Shown here: positions 61,539 to 64,000 of the stretch, one piece after another
Numbering within the stretch: position 1 is the first letter of the stretch
How the letters are laid out: each line of letters opens with the position of its first letter
Assembly: GCF_963921235.1 (NCBI RefSeq)
Contig: NC_086109.1
Location: 20,462,001-20,526,000 of the forward strand
Source: Mobula hypostoma
Lineage: Eukaryota
DNA length: 64,000 bases
Direction: 5' to 3'
Notes under the pieces: generated by a model
The model's database searches: none
Told to the model about the DNA's origin: nothing
What the model saw: only the letters and a program-made list of their open reading frames with translations
Made by a program: the position numbers and the translations under genes

Positions 61539-61957
61539 TTATTATGTGCCGTGTTGTATGATGTGGGTGATCATGGTCTTCCTTCTGTCTTTAATCTGTG
61601 TACCAAGCGAGGGATTGTTGCCCGTGCTCTACCTGTGATCATGATTATTCTTGGCAAATTTTTCTACAGAAGTGGTTTGCCTTCGCTTTCCTCTAGGGAG
61701 TGTCTTTACAAGACAGATGACCCCAGCCATTATCAGTACTCTTCAGAGATTGTCTTCCTGGCGTCAGTAGTGGCATATCCAGGACTTGTGACATGCACCG
61801 GCTTGCTGATACGGTCATCCACCACCTGCTTCATGTGACCCTGATGGGGGGGGGGTCTTCACAGGGCTACACCTTGCCCAAGGGTGACCTGCAGGGTAAT
61901 GAAGAGAAAGAGCATCTTACACCTCCTTTGGTAGAGACATATCTCCACTTCGCCACG
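61539..61957 (-). mobile_element. Non-autonomous retroposon (RTE-related tail)
   Basis: 14-bp TSD caaagagaat(g/a)tca at 61525-61538 and 61958-61971; minus-strand ggcaaaccacttctgtag motif typical of RTE-related elements. Confidence 0.68.
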
Positions 61958-62004
61958 CAAAGAGAATATCACATCTTCATAAAAGCATCTGAGGCACTCT
62001 CCTG

Positions 62005-63050
62005 AATGCAGGTCAGTGACGAGAGATGTGCCTCAGGGATTGGCGCTGTATCTCCTGCTGTTTGTCAAGTATATCAATAACAATTTGGAAGAGAATTTAG
62101 GTGGCATGTTCAGGAAGTTGGCAGATGACAGTGAGGAAGGTTCCCTAAAGTTACAACAGGATCTAGATCAACTGGAAAAATGGACAAAGGAGTGGCAGAT
62201 GGAATTTAACTCAGACAGTGTCAAGTGTTTTAGCAAATTAAACCAGGACAGAACTTGCACATTAAACAGGGCCCTGGCTAGTGTTGTAGAACAGAGAGGC
62301 CTTGGGGTGTAACTGAATAGATTCCTGAAATTGTCAACGTAGATGGACAAAGGAAGAAGCAGCCTTCATCAGCTAGGGCACTGAAAACATGAGTTCAAAT
62401 GTCATGTTATAAACACAAGACATTCTGCGGATGCTGGAAATCCACAAAATCTGGAGGAACTCAGCAAGTCAGGCAGCATCTATGGAGAGGAATAAACGGT
62501 CGATGTTTTGAGCGTGATCCTTCATTAGGACTGAAGGGCCTGGACTCAGGACCCTTCATTGTCATGTCATAGCTATATATGGCTGTATGTGACCACACTT
62601 GGAATATTGTGTACAGTTCTGAATGTAAGAATAGATGTGATTAAATTAGGGTACAGAAAAGTTTCCCATAGGCATTGCTGAGACTAAAAGGCTTGAGTTA
62701 TGAGAGACTGGACAGGCTGGGACTAGGACTATTTTCCCTGTAGGAAGAGGCTGAGGGATGATATAACGGAGGTATATAAAGTCATGAAGGACTTGGGTAA
62801 GTTTTTTCAAGGGGAGTGGAGTGTAAAACTAGAGGGTACAGGTTTAAGGAGTGAGGCAGAGGGCAGTAGCTACATAGCATAAGTCAGAGGAGGTGGTAGA
62901 GGCAGAAACAACTATGTTTTAAAAGAGCATTTGGATGTTTATCAATGGGAACGATTTAGAGGAATATAGGTTAAATGCAGGTAAATAGGATTGGCCAGGA
63001 AGGCAGCTTGGTCAGTGTGGACAGGTCAGTCTAAAGATCTCTTTAACTCT
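62005..63050 (+). mobile_element. CR1 LINE RT/3' fragment with a Penelope-like repeat inserted at ~62410-62560
   Basis: VPQGLALYLLLFVKYINN...KLADD...LQQDLDQLEKWTKEWQMEFN. Confidence 0.8.
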
Positions 63051-63164
63051 ATAATTCAAGAAGTGTCATCAGACAAGGTTTGGCATTGAACTTAAGAAGA
63101 AGATATTAATTGCTATGTCGGTGCCAGAACCCTGGTGACAGAAAGTAGTGGATGCAGCCCAGGC

Positions 63165-64000
63165 AAGAATTCACATCCAAAATAGGACAATATTAATACT
63201 TGTGTTAGACTGCTGTTTATTGAATACAGCTTAGCGTTTTATACAATCATTCCTACCAGTCTGATCAAAAAGCTCCAAAACCTGGGGCTCTCGACCTCCC
63301 TCTGCAACTGGATCCTCGACTTTCTCACAGGAAGATCAGAATCTGTGTGGATCAGAAATAACACCTCTACCTCGCTGATAATCGATACAGGCGTACTTCA
63401 AAACTGTGCGCTTAACCCACTGCTCTACTCTCTCTACACCCATGACTGTGTGGCTAGGCACAGCTCAAATGCCATCTGTGAATTTGCTGACAATGCGGTG
63501 AACGTTGGCACAGTTTCAGATGGTGACGTGAAGGTGTACAGGAGCAAGATATATGAGCTAGTGGAGTGGTGTCACAGCAACAACCCTGTACTCAATGTCA
63601 GTAAGACCAAAGAACTGATTGAGGACTTCAGAAAGGGTAAGACAAGGGAACACACACAAGTCCTCATAGAGTGATCAGAAGTGGAGAGTGTGAACAATTT
63701 CAAGTTCCTGGGTGGCAACTTCTCTGTAGGTCTATCCTGGGCCCAACATATTGATGCATTTAAAAAAAGAATGCACAACAGCAGCTATATTTCATTAGGA
63801 GTTTGAGGAGATTTGGCATGTCACCGAAGACATTCACAAATTTCTCCAGAGAGATTGTGGAGAGCATTCAAACTGGCTGCATCACTGTCTAGTATGGGGG
63901 TGGGGTGGGGGCACTGCACAGGATCAAGATAAGCTGCAGAAAGTTGTAAACTCAATGATAGGCACGAGCCTCTCTAACCTGCAGGACACCTTCGAGGAAC
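63165..64000 (+). mobile_element. Rex1/Babar LINE RT fragment (runs off window)
   Basis: [63 protein letters not shown]...[15 protein letters not shown]. Confidence 0.85.

Overview
Repeat-dense vertebrate genomic DNA, most likely from a cartilaginous fish such as a ray (inferred from the repeat repertoire only). The one host gene is the 3' part of wnt2b on the + strand. Its three coding exons (3977-4254, 15734-15998, 44663-44892) have GT-AG junctions and matching phases, are separated by 11.5 kb and 28.7 kb introns, and are followed by a roughly repeat-free putative 3' UTR. Most of the rest is decayed transposons: CR1, Rex1/Babar, R4/Dong and RTE-related LINE pieces, V-SINE and other tRNA-derived SINEs, Tc1/mariner, hAT, Harbinger and Chapaev3 DNA elements, a Gypsy remnant, a solo LTR, and Penelope-like (GIY-YIG) elements. 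The most notable non-coding signal is about 10 dispersed minimal hammerhead-ribozyme motifs (consensus CAGTC-CTGAYGA-A-GGGTCTCGGCCC-GAAA-CGTC-GACTG). They are carried by Penelope-like termini, including two young foldback insertions flanked by target-site duplications (TSDs). Other points of interest are a cryptic ~21-bp satellite field with an 85-bp higher-order array, a TSD-bounded Chapaev3 element in a nested stack, and foldback elements next to wnt2b splice sites. Repeat family names come from recalled motifs, not database searches. Boundaries without a TSD are approximate.
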